From NCBI GenBank assembly GCA_029776205.1, contig JAKOTQ010000082.1, positions 2,909 to 66,908 on the forward strand: DNA of 64,000 nt, given 5' to 3'. This stretch comes from Bacillota bacterium. Its GTDB lineage: Bacteria; Bacillota; UBA4882; UBA8346. Below are positions 18,787 to 30,292 of this stretch, one piece after another; positions within the stretch are counted from its first letter, which is position 1, and every line of letters starts with the position of its first letter. Under the pieces are notes generated by a model. It searched no databases, was not told the origin of the DNA, and saw only the letters and a list, made by a program, of their open reading frames with translations. A program made the translations under genes and the position numbers.

Positions 18787-21003
18787 CTAATTCTGGCTTT
18801 TACTTCTGAGCTCTTCCATTTGACGTGCTGTGATATAGACTTCCCGGGGCTTGCTTCCCTCATAGGCTCCTATTAAGCCTTTGGCCTCCATCATGTCCAC
18901 TAAACGGGCAGCCCGTGTATAACCGATCCGTAGGCGACGTTGCAAGATCGAAGCTGAAGCCTGGCCATGCTCGACAACGATCCGGACCGCATCCCAAAAA
19001 AGGTCATCCTCTTCTTCATCCATGATCCGTTCAGCCCGGTCGGGAATATTGATGAACTTTTCTTGATATTCCGGTTGGCCCTGATTCTTCCAATGTTCAA
19101 TCACAGCTTCAATATCTTTATCCACAACCAGCGCTCCCTGAACTCGACGGGGTTTCATCGAACCCACGGGCGAGAATAACATATCCCCCCGGCCTAACAA
19201 CCGTTCAGCACCAACTGCATCCAAAATCGTTCTGGAATCGATTTGAGAAGAAACCGCAAAAGCAATCCGCGATGGGACATTGGCTTTGATCAAGCCCGTA
19301 ATAACATCCACCGATGGCCGTTGGGTAGCGATAACTAAATGGATCCCTGTAGCTCGAGCCATCTGCGCAATACGACAGATAGAGTCTTCAACCTCCACCG
19401 GCGCCACCATCATCAAATCTGCCAATTCATCAATAATCACCACAATATAAGGAAGTGGCTCTTCACCTTCGGGTAATTGGGCGTTGTATTTGTCTAATTC
19501 CCGAACCCGGGCTTCGGCAAACATTTTATAACGGCGTTCCATCTCATCGACAACCAGTTTTAATACACCGGCTGCTTTTTTGGCCTCGGTTACAACCGGC
19601 GCCATTAAATGGGGTATCCCGTTATACATGGATAACTCAACCATCTTTGGATCGATCATGATAAATTTGACTTCATTGGGAAAAGCCTTAAAGAGAATAC
19701 TCATAATAATTGTATTCACACAGACGCTTTTTCCTGAACCGGTGGCACCAGCTACCAGTAAATGCGGCATTTTCCCCAAATCAGCCATAACTACTTCTCC
19801 GGCAATATCCATCCCCAATGCCACTGAAAGTTTTCCGGTTTCCCAGAATACTTTTGACTCCAACATATCCCGAAAAGAAACAATTTGACTTTCCTTATTC
19901 GGCACTTCAATCCCGATGGCCGACTTTCCTGGAATCGGGGCTTCCAAACGTAACCCCCGGGCCGCCAAAGCTAAAGCCAAGTCATCGGTGAGGTTAACGA
20001 TTCGGCTTACTTTGACACCAGGTGCAGGTTGAAGATCATATCGGGTGATCACCGGACCATGATGGACTTCAATGACCTTTGCCTGAACACCAAATTGGGC
20101 CAGCGTTTCCTCAAGTTGCCGTGATTGATCCGCACTTCGTCCGGTCTTTTTAACCTTCCCTCGAGATTCAATCAATTCGATATCCGGCAATTGATATGGT
20201 CCGCTTTGCTCTGGAGTTTGGGTGAACGACGGTAATTCCTCGTCTTTTATTTCTTCGGTAACTGCTTTTTTGGGACGAGACGGTTTTTCTTTATCTTTCA
20301 ACATGGTTTGCAGAGCCGCAATAACATTGCTGGATTTGGGATCCGGTTTCGCTGTATCCGTCACTTGATCCGTTAAAGGTACTTCTAATGGTATATCAGG
20401 TTCATCAATAGCCGAAGCCTGCTGCTGGACACCGGATGGTTCCGACAGAGTCTTTTTCGTGTTGGCTGTCGACAGATTTTTTTGCTTCTGCCACCAGATC
20501 TTTAAAGTTTTAAAGAGCGGTTGCTCCATAGCTAATATAAATGCGACAATAATGATGGTGATCAAGAAAACGACGATTCCTACTTTTCCAAACCAGGCCA
20601 ACAACCAAACCGAAAGCGCATGCCCTAAAACGCCTGCTCCGGATGATGCCACCTCCCAGGAGTCACCGGTAAGCGGAACGGCGCTGGCTAAATGAATAAT
20701 AACCAAAGTGCAAAGGAGTAACAAAAAAACAGCAAAAAAACGGCGGTTCAAACATATAATCCGTTTTGAACCGATCAACATTCCTCCTGCAAAGGCCATG
20801 CCAATCACAGGTATAAATGCTCCCCGTTTTCCAAATAACAGATAAATACCGGATTTTATAATCTCACCCACAAATCCGGCTCCATTAAAAAAAATGGCTG
20901 CAAAAGCCAATGCAGCAAGTCCAATCAGAAAAACCCCTGCAATCTCGTTCTTTTGCTCTGAAAACCGATCTTGTTTTGACGACTCTTTATGATTTTGTGG
21001 CAT
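18787..21003 (-). CDS. ftsK: DNA translocase FtsK/SpoIIIE
   Basis: 738 aa with N-terminal TM segments, Walker A GATGSGKS, Walker [11 protein letters not shown] and a C-terminal gamma domain. Confidence 0.95.
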   Translation of the reverse strand: MPQNHKESSKQDRFSEQKNEIAGVFLIGLAALAFAAIFFNGAGFVGEIIKSGIYLLFGKRGAFIPVIGMAFAGGMLIGSKRIICLNRRFFAVFLLLLCTLVIIHLASAVPLTGDSWEVASSGAGVLGHALSVWLLAWFGKVGIVVFLITIIIVAFILAMEQPLFKTLKIWWQKQKNLSTANTKKTLSEPSGVQQQASAIDEPDIPLEVPLTDQVTDTAKPDPKSSNVIAALQTMLKDKEKPSRPKKAVTEEIKDEELPSFTQTPEQSGPYQLPDIELIESRGKVKKTGRSADQSRQLEETLAQFGVQAKVIEVHHGPVITRYDLQPAPGVKVSRIVNLTDDLALALAARGLRLEAPIPGKSAIGIEVPNKESQIVSFRDMLESKVFWETGKLSVALGMDIAGEVVMADLGKMPHLLVAGATGSGKSVCVNTIIMSILFKAFPNEVKFIMIDPKMVELSMYNGIPHLMAPVVTEAKKAAGVLKLVVDEMERRYKMFAEARVRELDKYNAQLPEGEEPLPYIVVIIDELADLMMVAPVEVEDSICRIAQMARATGIHLVIATQRPSVDVITGLIKANVPSRIAFAVSSQIDSRTILDAVGAERLLGRGDMLFSPVGSMKPRRVQGALVVDKDIEAVIEHWKNQGQPEYQEKFINIPDRAERIMDEEEDDLFWDAVRIVVEHGQASASILQRRLRIGYTRAARLVDMMEAKGLIGAYEGSKPREVYITARQMEELRSKSQN

Positions 21004-22718
21004 TATTCTTCACCTTCTTCAAGGCTAGCACTGGCGATATTCGCCGAATGGGCAGCTACACGCTGCAAATTACTTAACATCTCCACATATACAACTCCGG
21101 AACTGGGCCAACATTTTCCTTGATTTAACCGATGGATATGATTTTGCCGCAGTTCTTCCTCTAATTTATCAATACCCTCTTCGCGACTGAGCAACTGTTT
21201 GGCGACGCCTTGCTGGTTGTCGGAAAAAGCCTGACAAGCTTTTGAATAAAAATCAATGACTTTTCCAAACATTAATTCAATTTCATTGAGAGCCAATTCG
21301 GAAAACTGTAATTGCTCCCGATAACGTTTTTCAGCTAAATTGGCAATATTATATGCATGGTCACCCACCCGCTCAACATCGCTGACAATGTGCAACAGAC
21401 CTGCTAAACGATGGGATTGGGCTTCGGTCAACGAATTTTGAGATAGCAAGGCTGACAGATAAAAGGTAATCTGTTCCTGTAAATCATCGACTACCGTCTC
21501 GTCCCGGATGATACCGTCGATCAAATGAAGCTGGTTTTTAATAAAAGCCAACCGAGCTGATTTTAGCATCCTTTGGGTAATATCGGCCATTTGTTTGATT
21601 TCACGAGCAGCTAAAATCAGAGCTAGGGCCGGGGTTTGTAAAGCACGTCGGTCCAGATAAGTGGAACCGTTGGTTCCTATCTTCACATCACCCTTCAGAA
21701 TCGGCAAACCCATTTTGCCAGCAACAAACGTAATTGGAAACCAGATGCAAATCACAGTCATATTAAATAAGGTATGGGCCATAGCGATCTGCCAGACGTT
21801 AAACCAACGATCCGATTCAGCTGTAACCACAATATTCCAGTCAAAAACAGTTTTCGCAAAGTTATGGAAAAAACCGTTAATTTGAAGGGTTATCCCATGA
21901 ACCAGAAAATAGGCCATAGGTAAAAACAGTATACTGAGAATGGCTGTAGACAAATTGAACGACAAATGGAACCAATTGGCTTTTCGTACCACCGGCAACC
22001 GGTCTCTTCCGCTCAACATATTAATAATTGTGGTTCCGGCATTAGCTCCGATCACGATAGCAAATGCGCCGCTTAAAAATGTAACAGGCGTCAATCCCAG
22101 ATTGATCCCCACCATACTTTGGGCTAACACCACCACTGTATTACTACTCCGGAACATAGCTGCTAAACCTAACCCCAGTAAAAACCCAAGCCAGGGATTG
22201 GTCAACAGCATCCGCAAATAATAGACTGCATGCGGTTCACCTTCCAATATTTTAAAGGCATGATGAAAAAGTCTGAAACTTAAATACATCAGCCCTACAT
22301 TGAACAAAATCTGGCCTAGATAATGAAGACTATGCTTATTACCATAGAAATAAATTAAATAACCTAAAAATAAAAGTAAAAAAAGAAACGGGCCGATATT
22401 GATGGACATCAATTGGGCAGTCAAGGTCATTCCCAAATTAACGCCCAACATTGTCCATAAAGCTGGTAAAAGGCTCAAGAAACTGGCATTGATCAGGCTT
22501 GTTATCATTCCAAAGGTCAAAATATTGCTTTGTAAGGCAGCTGCCATACCAATACCGCTAAAAAAGCTATATGCGGGATTTTTCGCTTGTTTTTCGAAGA
22601 TAATCCGCATACGCTCTCCGGCCAATTTTTGGACGCCATCACCGAACCGTGAAATGGCATACAAAAAGGAACCCAGTGCTCCGACTAAACTTAATAGACC
22701 TTCGATGATCGATGACAA
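21003..22718 (-). CDS. Na+/phosphate cotransporter family protein with C-terminal PhoU-like domain
   Basis: 571 aa with two NaPi-II repeats followed by a PhoU-type helical domain ([24 protein letters not shown]). Confidence 0.9.
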   Translation of the reverse strand: MSSIIEGLLSLVGALGSFLYAISRFGDGVQKLAGERMRIIFEKQAKNPAYSFFSGIGMAAALQSNILTFGMITSLINASFLSLLPALWTMLGVNLGMTLTAQLMSINIGPFLFLLLFLGYLIYFYGNKHSLHYLGQILFNVGLMYLSFRLFHHAFKILEGEPHAVYYLRMLLTNPWLGFLLGLGLAAMFRSSNTVVVLAQSMVGINLGLTPVTFLSGAFAIVIGANAGTTIINMLSGRDRLPVVRKANWFHLSFNLSTAILSILFLPMAYFLVHGITLQINGFFHNFAKTVFDWNIVVTAESDRWFNVWQIAMAHTLFNMTVICIWFPITFVAGKMGLPILKGDVKIGTNGSTYLDRRALQTPALALILAAREIKQMADITQRMLKSARLAFIKNQLHLIDGIIRDETVVDDLQEQITFYLSALLSQNSLTEAQSHRLAGLLHIVSDVERVGDHAYNIANLAEKRYREQLQFSELALNEIELMFGKVIDFYSKACQAFSDNQQGVAKQLLSREEGIDKLEEELRQNHIHRLNQGKCWPSSGVVYVEMLSNLQRVAAHSANIASASLEEGEE

Positions 22719-22802
22719 TTTTTTCCTCCCCTATGATATAAAACCTTTTTACGTTTATTTATCTTAATACTTTCTATTCTTTCAATTAAGTTAATTTCCT
22801 GC

Positions 22803-22832
22803 AAAAAAAAGAAAACCCATATTGGGTTTTTC
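22803..22832 (-). terminator. Intrinsic terminator after ylzJ-like
   Basis: Stem GAAAAACCCA/UGGGUUUUC followed by U8 on the minus strand. Confidence 0.7.
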
Positions 22833-22872
22833 TTGAAAGTTACCATAAAACTTAAATTGGATAAACTAAACC

Positions 22873-23082
22873 TTAACGGGTTATCGTTTTTCCCGGCTGC
22901 CATTGAGGATTTAAATAATCTTGAGGATTGGTACTGATGACCCGGGAAATTTTCATCTCTCCTCCAGGCAAGCATTGGCACATCAGGCTTACCGAACCGG
23001 CTTTGATCTCCACTTCCTGAGTTTGTTCTTCACTTTCCTCTTCGAGCACCATTTCCAATGGATAGATCGTATACAGAATCAT
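22873..23082 (-). CDS. ylzJ: YlzJ-like small protein
   Basis: 69 aa starting [16 protein letters not shown] overlap with the upstream ClpP-like gene, matching the Bacillus tepA-ylzJ-spoIIIE arrangement. Confidence 0.6.
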   Translation of the reverse strand: MILYTIYPLEMVLEEESEEQTQEVEIKAGSVSLMCQCLPGGEMKISRVISTNPQDYLNPQWQPGKTITR

Positions 23083-23861
23083 TGTGGAAAATCCTTTCGT
23101 CCAGGTTTTTTTCGAAGATCGATCAATTCTTCCAATTTCTTCAACGCATCGGCAATTCCGCCTACTTCATTGATAAGCCCGCTGGAAACAGCATCTTTAC
23201 CAACCAACACGGTTCCGATATCCCGGACCAGATCCCCGGTTCGGAACATCAACTCCCGAAAATGTTCTTCGGAAATCTTCGAATGTTTGGTTACAAAACG
23301 GATGACCCGATCCTGCATTTTTTCAAGATATTCATAGGTTTGAGGCACGCCAATCACTAAGCCCGTTAACCGCAGGGGATGAATGGTCATCGTGGCAGTT
23401 TCCGCAATAAAACTGTAATCAGTGGATACAGCAATTGGCACTCCGATTGAGTGACCGCCTCCTAATACCAAAGAGACCGTTGGTTTAGATAGACTTTCTA
23501 GCATTTCCGCGATAGCCAGTCCTGCTTCGACGTCTCCGCCAACCGTATTCAAAATGACCAATACCCCTTCAATATTTTTGTTTTGCTCGATCGCAACCAG
23601 TTGCGGGATAATGTGTTCATATTTCGTGGTCTTATTTTTGGGCGGCAGCACCATATGGCCTTCAATCTGGCCAACGATAATTAAGGTATGAATATTATTC
23701 TCCGATGGTGCCGGTGTGGTGGTCTGGCCTAAGGACTGGATATTTTGCAACACCATCTTTTGCTTTCGCGGACTTTGCCGGATCGGCTGTTCTAATGGTT
23801 GTTCACTCGGATTTTCAGGGCCAATTTCGTTTTGGACTTTATATTCGTTTTCCAAAAACAA
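23079..23861 (-). CDS. ClpP-family (S14) protein, TepA-like
   Basis: 260 aa with a ClpP-like core ([20 protein letters not shown]...[12 protein letters not shown]...TMTIHP). Confidence 0.85.
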   Translation of the reverse strand: MFLENEYKVQNEIGPENPSEQPLEQPIRQSPRKQKMVLQNIQSLGQTTTPAPSENNIHTLIIVGQIEGHMVLPPKNKTTKYEHIIPQLVAIEQNKNIEGVLVILNTVGGDVEAGLAIAEMLESLSKPTVSLVLGGGHSIGVPIAVSTDYSFIAETATMTIHPLRLTGLVIGVPQTYEYLEKMQDRVIRFVTKHSKISEEHFRELMFRTGDLVRDIGTVLVGKDAVSSGLINEVGGIADALKKLEELIDLRKKPGRKDFPQ

Positions 23862-24044
23862 TACCTCCTGTTTGAACTAGTATGTGTATCCCTGAAAAAA
23901 AAATTCCGTGTTATAGACAGTTGTTTAATTTAATTCAAAGGTTTTTTTGGAATCGACTCTGAAAGGATTTTTCATTTGATCTGCAGAATATAAAATTTAG
24001 GATTTTTTAGCTTATTTGAAGTCGTTTTCGGAGGAGATTGCTGG

Positions 24045-24728
24045 ATGGACTATAATACTTTTTTCAAAAAACTATTCAGTTGCGGAAACTCTCTTCAAAT
24101 TGAGTTTCGCGATCATTCTAAACAGAAAAAATTATTTAAGACCATCATTGATAAAATAAGCGATCGCGAATTAACGCTAATCCTTCCCGTTTCTCAACTG
24201 ATTCCTCCCGGTACCAAGTTAGTTGTGATCGGACGCCATGACACCGACTCTCAAAACTACTATTTCACAGCCGAAGTTCTCACTTTCCATCAAGGCGATC
24301 CCGCAACTCTCACGATCAGCATGCCGATTCCGATGCAAACGTCATCCCGTCGTCGGTTTTTCCGGTGCGATGTTGATTTATTCTTTATCTATCAAGATGA
24401 TACCGAAATGGAATATCGAGGACGGATCATCAACTTATCTGCCAGCGGTCTCTTCGCCATCGTTAAAAATCATCCTTCACTGAGGATTTCTCAAATCCTA
24501 ACTTGTCAATTACATCTTCCAACTTCAGTCGAACCACTTCGTTTTGAAGGGAAAATCATTCGAATTGAAACTGTTGAAAACGACGACGAAAAAGGAATTG
24601 CTCTCGACTTTGTAAACGTCTCTGAAAAAATTCAAAATGAAATAACCAAATATTTGTTCCAACGCCAACGAGAATTGATCAAAATGGGCCTTATCAAAGC
24701 GGGAAGATTTAATTCAGTTGACAGTTGA
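24045..24728 (+). CDS. PilZ-domain c-di-GMP receptor (YcgR-like two-domain layout)
   Basis: 227 aa. Both PilZ signatures are present, RRRFFR (RxxxR) and NLSASG ((D/N)xSxxG). RBS is GGAGGAG. This is the only convincing plus-strand gene. Confidence 0.8.
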   Translation: MDYNTFFKKLFSCGNSLQIEFRDHSKQKKLFKTIIDKISDRELTLILPVSQLIPPGTKLVVIGRHDTDSQNYYFTAEVLTFHQGDPATLTISMPIPMQTSSRRRFFRCDVDLFFIYQDDTEMEYRGRIINLSASGLFAIVKNHPSLRISQILTCQLHLPTSVEPLRFEGKIIRIETVENDDEKGIALDFVNVSEKIQNEITKYLFQRQRELIKMGLIKAGRFNSVDS

Positions 24729-24799
24729 CAGTTTTTGATGACGATATGTGCATAGTTCAATGTACACAGCGATAGTTTTTGACATAATGGTTAGGTTAT

Positions 24800-24831
24800 A
24801 AAGGAATGCTTATATGCGTTCCTTTTAATTT
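24800..24831 (+). terminator. Probable terminator of pilZ
   Basis: 9-bp stem AAGGAAUGC/GCGUUCCUU with a 6-nt loop, followed by UUAAUUU. Confidence 0.55.
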
Positions 24832-24980
24832 ATGGTACATGCTACGTCTTAGGTACGAGATGAATACATACAGTTGACGTCATACCACGACTCCTTACTA
24901 CTCTCCTATCTCCTGCTGCTATCTCCTCAAACCAATTACCCAGTACCCAGGCCTACTTTGTACATACTTTATTTCCAAAT

Positions 24981-25006
24981 AAAAAAACCCTCCGTATGGA
25001 AGGTTT
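24981..25006 (-). terminator. Intrinsic terminator of pnp
   Basis: Stem AAACCUUCC/GGAGGGUUU (includes a G-U pair) followed by U7. It is stronger on the minus strand than on the plus strand. Confidence 0.7.
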
Positions 25007-27122
25007 AATTTTTCGACTCACCTGCAGAGTCTTCGTCCGGCATCAATGTGGCTTTTCGAGAGAGATTGATCCGTCCTTGTTTGTCGATTTCGATCACTTT
25101 CACCATGATCTCATCCCCAACATTAACCACATCTTCCACCTTAGCTACACGCTCTTTTGCCAATTGGGAAATATGGACCAATCCTTCTTTACCCGGCAAG
25201 ATTTCAACAAAAGCACCAAAGTTCATCAACCGGGTTACTTTTCCCATATATATCTGCCCTACTTCCACATCGCTGGTTAACCGGCGAATCATTTGCTCGG
25301 CCTTCATGCCTGCATTGACATCCACCGCAGCGATAAATACTCGGCCGTCATCTTCAATGTCGATTTCGGCACCTGTCTCTTCAACAATTTTCCGAATCAT
25401 TTTCCCGCCGGGTCCGATAACATCCCGAATCCGATCCGGATCAATTTCAAAGGTGATAATTCGTGGCGCATAGGGAGATAATTCCTTCCGGGGTTCACTC
25501 AGAACTTCCAACATTTTATCGAGAATGAACAACCGGCCTTCCCGAGCCTGAGCCAATGCTTGGCTTAAAATCGTCCGGTCAATCCCTTTAATTTTGATAT
25601 CCATTTGAATGGCCGTAATCCCTTCGCGGGTACCGGCGACTTTAAAGTCCATATCACCAAAGTGGTCTTCCATCCCTTGGATATCCGTTAAAATCGCGAA
25701 ACTGTCATCGTACTTCAAAAGCCCCATGGCGACACCAGCCACCGGACGTTTAATGGGAACACCGGCATCCATCAACGCAAGCGTACTACCACAAACGCTG
25801 GCCTGAGATGAGGAACCGTTGGATTCCAATACCTCCGAAACCAAACGAATCGTATACGGGAACTCTTCTTCACTCGGAATTACCGGAACTAAAGCCCGTT
25901 CCGCCAATGCACCATGGCCGATTTCCCGCCGACCCGGACTCCGCAAAGGACGTACCTCACCTACGCTATATGAGGGGAAATTGTAGTGATGAATATAACG
26001 TTTGGAATCTTCTTCACCAAGCCCGTCCAAAATCTGTTCCTCGCTGACCCGGCCTAAGGTACAAACAGTTAAAACCTGGGTTTGCCCACGGGTAAATAAT
26101 CCTGAACCATGAGCCCGAGGTAAAAGCCCAACCTCGCAAGTAATGGGACGGATCTCAGACAATCCCCGCCCATCGGGCCGAATCTTGTCAACAGCGATCA
26201 TTTTCCGGACTTCTTCTTTAACAATAGAATCCAAGACTTCATTGATTTCTTTTAGAGAAACCTCATAGGTTTCAGCCAGCTTTTCAGCCATATATTGCCG
26301 GGTTTCTTCCTTCACATTTTCAATCAATTCTTCCCGCAGCAATTTATCTCCGGTTTTAATAGCTGCAACCATCTTGTCTGTCGCATAATCCCGAACCATT
26401 TGATTGATTTCCGGATTGGGCTCATATAAAACAACTTCTTTTTTGGGTTTACCCACTTCTTCCCGAATCTTCTCAATGAAAGCGACAATTTCCTTAATGG
26501 TCTCATGCCCAAACATGATGGCTTCCAGAGCATCCGCTTCACTGATCTCTTTGGCTCCACCTTCTACCATCATGATGGCATCTGCAGTCCCTGCTACCAC
26601 CAGATGCAAATCGCTTTGCTCCGATTGAGCTACTGTCGGATTGATCACAAAACGGCCGTTCACTCGTCCGACTTTAACGCCACCGATAGGCCCGGCAAAG
26701 GGTATTTCAGAAATATGTAATGCTGCCGAAGCCCCGATCATGGCCGCCAATGCCGGTTCATTATCCGGTTCAACCGATAATACGGTGGCCACAACCTGTA
26801 CGTCATTTCGGAAACCTTCCGGGAACAACGGCCGGATCGGACGGTCAATCATCCGAGCAGCCAATACCGCACTTTCCGGAGGCCGACCTTCCCGCTTAAT
26901 AAAACCGCCCGGTATTTTACCGACCGCATAAAGCCTCTCTTCATAATCTACTAAGAGTGGGAAAAAGTCGATTCCTTCCCTGGCTTGGGGAGACATGACA
27001 GCTGTTACCAGAACAACTGTATCGCCATAACGAACAAGGACTGCAGCATTGGCCTGTTTCGCAACTTGTCCATATTCAATGGCCAACCGACGACCTCCCA
27101 AGGTCATCTCCCATTTTTGCAT
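25005..27122 (-). CDS. pnp: Polyribonucleotide nucleotidyltransferase (PNPase)
   Basis: 705 aa with two RNase PH domains, then KH and S1 domains. Lies downstream of rpsO. Confidence 0.98.
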   Translation of the reverse strand: MQKWEMTLGGRRLAIEYGQVAKQANAAVLVRYGDTVVLVTAVMSPQAREGIDFFPLLVDYEERLYAVGKIPGGFIKREGRPPESAVLAARMIDRPIRPLFPEGFRNDVQVVATVLSVEPDNEPALAAMIGASAALHISEIPFAGPIGGVKVGRVNGRFVINPTVAQSEQSDLHLVVAGTADAIMMVEGGAKEISEADALEAIMFGHETIKEIVAFIEKIREEVGKPKKEVVLYEPNPEINQMVRDYATDKMVAAIKTGDKLLREELIENVKEETRQYMAEKLAETYEVSLKEINEVLDSIVKEEVRKMIAVDKIRPDGRGLSEIRPITCEVGLLPRAHGSGLFTRGQTQVLTVCTLGRVSEEQILDGLGEEDSKRYIHHYNFPSYSVGEVRPLRSPGRREIGHGALAERALVPVIPSEEEFPYTIRLVSEVLESNGSSSQASVCGSTLALMDAGVPIKRPVAGVAMGLLKYDDSFAILTDIQGMEDHFGDMDFKVAGTREGITAIQMDIKIKGIDRTILSQALAQAREGRLFILDKMLEVLSEPRKELSPYAPRIITFEIDPDRIRDVIGPGGKMIRKIVEETGAEIDIEDDGRVFIAAVDVNAGMKAEQMIRRLTSDVEVGQIYMGKVTRLMNFGAFVEILPGKEGLVHISQLAKERVAKVEDVVNVGDEIMVKVIEIDKQGRINLSRKATLMPDEDSAGESKN

Positions 27123-27193
27123 GTATGAATCCTCCTTACTGAAACCGATTTCTTATAAAGAGACTTATTATAGTATATCCCTTTATAAGAAAG

Positions 27194-27214
27194 AAAAGCG
27201 GGTAACCCGCTTTT
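27194..27214 (-). terminator. rpsO terminator / rpsO-pnp intergenic hairpin
   Basis: Stem AAAAGCGGG/CCCGCUUUU followed by a U-rich tract. Confidence 0.65.
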
Positions 27215-27218
27215 CCCA

Positions 27219-27488
27219 CTATTTCCGTAAACCTAATTTCTCAATGATGGCGCGGTATCTCTCGATATCTTTTTTATAAAGATAGTTTAAAAGGCCCCGC
27301 CTTTGTCCGACCATCTTCAACAAACCTCTCCGTGAGTGATGGTCTTTTTTATGTTCCTTTAAATGTTCAGTCAGATAGTTAATGCGCTCGGTTAAAATCG
27401 CGATCTGAACTTCAGGAGAACCGGTATCACTCTCGTGTAATTTGTACTTATTGATGATCTCTTGCTTTTGCTCAACGCTCAAACCCAT
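27219..27488 (-). CDS. rpsO: 30S ribosomal protein S15
   Basis: 89 aa from the ATG at 27488 ([12 protein letters not shown]...), which follows GGAGGTG. The ORF-track N-terminal extension is not coding. Confidence 0.95.
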   Translation of the reverse strand: MGLSVEQKQEIINKYKLHESDTGSPEVQIAILTERINYLTEHLKEHKKDHHSRRGLLKMVGQRRGLLNYLYKKDIERYRAIIEKLGLRK

Positions 27489-27598
27489 GGTTGTCACCTC
27501 CATTTCTTCAAAACGCCTTCTGCCGAGAAAACCGTCGGAGCTTCGGAACTCCCAGCCAGAGGTTGATTTAACCATCATCCGGTTAAATTACAACATCA

Positions 27599-27627
27599 AT
27601 TTTACCATAATTAAGCTAGAGTGTAAA
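27599..27627 (-). promoter_or_regulatory. Putative sigma-A promoter of rpsO (with a ~100-nt leader)
   Basis: TTTACA-N17-TAAAAT on the minus strand. Confidence 0.55.
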
Positions 27628-27689
27628 CAAAAGATCGCTTGAAATATAGGAATTTGCAAAAATTAACCTTTTTCATCTTTATGAGGATA

Positions 27690-30203
27690 TTATTCAACTC
27701 CTCGAAAGAAATGCCCTTTCGTGATTCCCCGTCCGGTCAGACGTTTAAACTGCTCCATGATGCCTTCAACATCGTCTATTTTTTTACCCGCGATCCCTTG
27801 ATGAATAGCATAGCGATATGCATTGACCACTGCAGCCGTTTGAGGTGGAGTATAGATTTTTAACTCTAGCCGCAACATCAGCGGAAGTTTGAGCAGACGT
27901 TCCAAATCACCATAAAGACAAAGATCTTTGGAATTTAATAAATGCATCCGACAAAACTGGTCAGTGACCACCGGGAAATCCAGTTGCATCCGATCTCTAA
28001 GTGCAAAAGAATGCTTACGGCAAGCCCGACTACAAGAACCTGACTGCATCTCAAGAGAACCTATAGGGCAATATTCAGAAACCATCAATTCCAAGGGACC
28101 GTGAATTAAGCATTCCAGAGGAACTGGCGCGCCTTTGGCCAATTCGGCAATTTGATTCAACGTTAGTTCCGGTGAAAGAGTAATCTGACGAATCCGCTCA
28201 TTCGTTATAAACTTAAATGCCCACTGATTGAAGAAATTCAATGTATAATTAAGATAAATTGGGAGGTCGGATTGGGACTGTACCATTTCCCATCCTCCCA
28301 GGTCGGAGACGATAATCCCATCCGCCTGGGCCTTCCTAGCATATTCCGGATAACTTTCCCAAAGAGAACGGTGTGTTTCTCTGTTAATCCTAGGCAAACC
28401 CACCACTAGTCTGGCTCCAGCCTCATGAGCCATCGCCACAGCCCGGGAAAAAGCAGCTTGATCCCATTGAAAACCGGTTAGTTCATCTCCTCCGGCATAA
28501 ATAAGGTCCGCACCCGCCAAAGCTGCTTCATAAACTCCGTCCAAATCAGCAGCCCAAACGCTTAATTGGGGTTGACGGAGACTGTCTCGAGCTTCAACCG
28601 GAACCTTCTCCACCGCATCGAGGTGTACCGATGGAATCGGATCTTTATGGGTATAGGACTTCAGCCGGTTCTCGACCAATTGGTCAATGGCCTCGCGGCG
28701 CAATTGATTTAGAGCGCTTAAAGGCAACATCACCTGGCCTTCCAATTCACACCGGACATCAGCCAAATAAAAGGGGGTGTTACCTAAACGCCCCAATTGT
28801 TCCCTCAATACCTCTGCTGTAAGAGGACGGTTTTTAGCCGTTTGCAATGGAATTTCCGAGGTAACAGCGACTTGATTCCCCTGATCGTCGCGACAATCTA
28901 AGATTAGAGGTTCTCCGGATTTTCCGGTGACATGCATCCAACAAGGGATTTTAAGAGCTGGATTATCAGGGTCCAGTGCTTTCCGGGTAGCTTCTGCCAC
29001 CTGACTGGAGAATACTTTAAAGACTCGATCGCCAGGATAAACTTTCCCCGCTACAGGGAAACGAACGATGGTTCCGGCTGCCGCCGCATTTACCGCTGTG
29101 CCGTTAACGAACATCTGTCCGATGGTCGCCGTGGCCCGTCCTCCTTTACTTACCCAAATCTCGATCTCATCTCCCTGTTGAAGCTCAGTTTCCAAACGAA
29201 GGGTCACCCCGGCTGAGTCCACCTGTTTCACTCGGCCAAGGTACAGCCCCCGGTTATTGGGGCGTGTAAAGCTCATCAACGCTTTATTTCGGTTGTTTCC
29301 AAAGTATCCGGTGGTAAAACTCCGGTTAAAAGTCTCTTCCAATCGGTTAAACCAAGCCGCTTCTGCACGGAAAGCCGCAGGATCGGCATTTAACGCATCC
29401 AAAGCTTCCCGGTAAACTCTGGTTACATTATAGACATATTCGGGACGTTTCATCCGTCCTTCAATCTTCAATGAATGAACCCCGGCTTTCAGAAGCTGCG
29501 GCAGCATGGAAATTAGCGAAAGATCTTTCGGCGATAATAAATAATTACCGTCGGAAGGAACGGCTTTCCCGTCCCGGAATAACTGATATTCCATCCTGCA
29601 GGGTTGGGCACATCTTCCCCGATTGCCGCTACGTCCTCCGATCATGCTACTCATCAAGCATTGACCGGAGTAACAGACACATAAAGCGCCATGAACAAAC
29701 ACTTCTATTTCTAATCCACTGTTTCGAGCGATAGCCTCTACTTCCGCAGCGGTCAGCTCCCGAGCCAGAACGACCCGTTTGATTCCGGCTTTTTTTAAAA
29801 GAAGGGCTCCTTCCGTATTATGCACAGTCATCTGAGTGCTGGCATGAAGCTCGAGTTCGGGAAGGGCTTGCCTGGCCGCAGCGATCAATCCCATATCCTG
29901 GACAATCACTGCATCCACTGACAAACGGTAAAGCTCGGCTAAATAATCCAGAGCCGCAGCCATCTCGTTATCATTGATTAACGTATTGACTGTAATATAT
30001 AGTTTTTTACCGTGAAGATGAAGTAAATCTGCAGCTTTCTTCAGTTGATCCAAATCAAAGTTAGCTGCAGACTGACGGGCATTAAACATCTTTCCGCCGA
30101 GATAGACAGCATCCGCACCGGCAGCTAAAGCAGCCCGGAAAGCCTCCCAATCTCCGGCAGGCGCCAACAATTCCATCGGATTTCGTTTCTGATCAATTGC
30201 CAT
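27690..30203 (-). CDS. Large U32-family protein (two U32-like modules fused)
   Basis: 837 aa. The first module has PELLAPAGDW...GALCVCYSGQCLMSS...CAQPCR. The second, degenerate module has C..C..C (CPIGSLEMQSGSCSRACRKH). Confidence 0.9.
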   Translation of the reverse strand: MAIDQKRNPMELLAPAGDWEAFRAALAAGADAVYLGGKMFNARQSAANFDLDQLKKAADLLHLHGKKLYITVNTLINDNEMAAALDYLAELYRLSVDAVIVQDMGLIAAARQALPELELHASTQMTVHNTEGALLLKKAGIKRVVLARELTAAEVEAIARNSGLEIEVFVHGALCVCYSGQCLMSSMIGGRSGNRGRCAQPCRMEYQLFRDGKAVPSDGNYLLSPKDLSLISMLPQLLKAGVHSLKIEGRMKRPEYVYNVTRVYREALDALNADPAAFRAEAAWFNRLEETFNRSFTTGYFGNNRNKALMSFTRPNNRGLYLGRVKQVDSAGVTLRLETELQQGDEIEIWVSKGGRATATIGQMFVNGTAVNAAAAGTIVRFPVAGKVYPGDRVFKVFSSQVAEATRKALDPDNPALKIPCWMHVTGKSGEPLILDCRDDQGNQVAVTSEIPLQTAKNRPLTAEVLREQLGRLGNTPFYLADVRCELEGQVMLPLSALNQLRREAIDQLVENRLKSYTHKDPIPSVHLDAVEKVPVEARDSLRQPQLSVWAADLDGVYEAALAGADLIYAGGDELTGFQWDQAAFSRAVAMAHEAGARLVVGLPRINRETHRSLWESYPEYARKAQADGIIVSDLGGWEMVQSQSDLPIYLNYTLNFFNQWAFKFITNERIRQITLSPELTLNQIAELAKGAPVPLECLIHGPLELMVSEYCPIGSLEMQSGSCSRACRKHSFALRDRMQLDFPVVTDQFCRMHLLNSKDLCLYGDLERLLKLPLMLRLELKIYTPPQTAAVVNAYRYAIHQGIAGKKIDDVEGIMEQFKRLTGRGITKGHFFRGVE

Positions 30204-30292
30204 AAGACACTCTACTTTCGTTGTTTACTTGATGATTTCCGACAACCGAATACTTATAAACGTATAGATTTTCCAATCGATTTAAGAAAATC

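Noticed and set aside
22691-22981. 96-aa minus-strand ORF, plus the neighbouring plus-strand ORFs 22921-23360.
   Set aside because: The minus-strand ORF spans the ylzJ-like terminator and the Na/Pi gene promoter region. The plus-strand ORFs are antisense to the tepA-like/ylzJ genes.
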